Position numbers and translations under genes: made by a program | Shown here: in pieces, positions 62,897 through 64,000 of the stretch | Layout of the letters: every line of letters begins with the position of its first letter | How positions within the stretch are numbered: position 1 is the first letter of the stretch | Notes under the pieces: generated by a model | Told to the model about the DNA's origin: nothing | The model's database searches: none | The model's input: the letters and a program-made list of their open reading frames with translations, nothing else | Assembly (NCBI GenBank): GCA_963807605.1 | Contig: CAWECG010000003.1 | Span: 32,001-96,000 of the forward strand | Length of the DNA stretch: 64,000 nt | Source of the DNA: Candidatus Bathyarchaeota archaeon | GTDB taxonomy: Archaea; Thermoproteota; Bathyarchaeia; 40CM-2-53-6; RBG-13-38-9 | Reading direction: 5' to 3'

Positions 62897-63775
62897 TCAA
62901 GCGGTTGCCCGCGTGAGCAAGCTGCCTATGATGGATACTTTGTACTTGTTGTCGCTTAGTGGTGTTGCTGCGCCGATGGCCGTTGTCATGTCAGAGGCTG
63001 CTCCGTTTGGAATTACTGGGGCGACGCCGCCTAGCGCGACGGTGGTTCCTTTGCTGGTTGTTGCTACTGCGACGCTGGCAGTTGCGAAGTCTATTGCTCC
63101 TCTGGTTCTGCTTTTGAGGAAGACTCCTTTGCTGGGGGCTTCAGGAACAACTATGTCGGTGATCATTTCGTCAGGCTTTAGGACGTTTCCCAAGACGATG
63201 TAGAATTGGTTCATCGGGACTGTCCTTGTGCCTGAGCTGCCTTGTATTGTCAGGTTGGCGCCGAGCGCTGTTAAGGCCGTTGATAGGTCTCCTGGTACGA
63301 CTGCGTTGCAGACCTGTTGCTGCATTACTGCGTGGAACGCGTTGCGCCCTGCTGCAGCAAAGCAAGTTGGGCCTCCTTTTCTGTAGCAGTTAAAGTCAGC
63401 GTATCTGTAGTACCAACACCAGACGTTTTGGCATAGGTTGCCTCCGACGGTTGCTCGAGTTCTAATGTTTGGCGCGGGTCCATTCTTGGCTGCGTCGGCA
63501 AGCATCTGTATGGGATTTTGATCTATAAGATCTGCCAGTGTGACTGTTGGTCCGATGTGTATTCCGTCTGATAGTTTCTGGATAGTGTTTAGGCCTGAGA
63601 TCTTTTTGATGTTTATTAGGACACTTGGTGTTGGCATGTATCGTTTCTTCAACCAGTCGATTATGTCGATGCCGCCAGCGTAGACCTTGGCTTTTCCTGC
63701 GTATTGATTCAGCATTGATGTTGCGTCTTGAACTGAGGTTGCTTCATAGTAGTTGAACGGTGCTAATGCTCTCAT
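62897..63775 (-). CDS. Xanthine dehydrogenase-family FAD-binding subunit with Fe-S Cys cluster
   Basis: AGG.D, ATVGGNLCQ..WC.YYR..C..KGG..C. Confidence 0.88.
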   Translation of the reverse strand: MRALAPFNYYEATSVQDATSMLNQYAGKAKVYAGGIDIIDWLKKRYMPTPSVLINIKKISGLNTIQKLSDGIHIGPTVTLADLIDQNPIQMLADAAKNGPAPNIRTRATVGGNLCQNVWCWYYRYADFNCYRKGGPTCFAAAGRNAFHAVMQQQVCNAVVPGDLSTALTALGANLTIQGSSGTRTVPMNQFYIVLGNVLKPDEMITDIVVPEAPSKGVFLKSRTRGAIDFATASVAVATTSKGTTVALGGVAPVIPNGAASDMTTAIGAATPLSDNKYKVSIIGSLLTRATA

Positions 63776-63790
63776 TTGTTTTCTCCTCCT

Positions 63791-64000
63791 TTACGCCTTC
63801 CCCAAGGCACTCAGTATTTTTGCCTGCGTTGCTATCGGAGTATCTGTGATCCAGACGCCTATAGCATCGTGGATTGCGTCCTGTAGGGCTGGCATAGCCG
63901 AGTTGAGAACTCCTTCTCCGATTCCTTTTGCTCCGAATGGACAGTCGATTATTGGGTTTGTTCCGAAGTATTGGGCCCATACTGGGACTATGGCTGTGCT
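63791..64000 (-). CDS. Xanthine dehydrogenase-family molybdenum-binding subunit, C-terminus (5' partial)
   Basis: PFGAKGIGE...AI.DAIG....P. Confidence 0.85.
   Translation of the reverse strand, partial: STAIVPVWAQYFGTNPIIDCPFGAKGIGEGVLNSAMPALQDAIHDAIGVWITDTPIATQAKILSALGKA

Overview
Archaeal window, most likely Bathyarchaeia or a related TACK lineage (inferred from rps19e/rpl39e/rpl31e, Nep1, Rpp21, a zinc-containing ferredoxin and TM+KRR sorting tails). It has three parts. (1) About 1-26.4 kb is an accessory region with about 20 copies of a 13-14 bp core (CTCACCA-AGGGAYA or CTCACCA-GCTANGG, both orientations). The clear copies are fused either to casposon-like termini (...TTACCTATATCCCC), to a second terminus type (AGCATC..AATTGAAC), or to simple-sequence tails ((CA)n, (CGA)n; one is (CA)58). 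Between the cores lie 9-112 bp mini-inserts (four are exactly 45 bp) or gene/operon cargo: a multicopper oxidase, c-type cytochromes, YcaC, nadABC and surface proteins. The region also holds fragments of the two casposon hallmark genes, PolB and Cas1/casposase. My best hypothesis is a casposase-built, proto-CRISPR-like gene-capture array. (2) About 23 alternating (CG)n runs of 8-12 nt are spread from 4 to 55 kb and sit at junctions where genes are cut (helicase, integrase, HD protein), suggesting an undescribed end-joining or deletion scar. (3) Housekeeping and metabolic genes: M24 and M1 peptidases, nep1, rnp4-yhbY...rps19e-PDCD5-rpl39e-rpl31e (split by a 19.5 kb decayed defence/mobile island with AEP primase, KAP NTPase, GmrSD-AlbA, AbiE and an integrase), CoA-transferase, acyl-CoA synthetase, cyclase and XDH-family subunits. 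All family calls come from motif recognition by eye; no searches were run.
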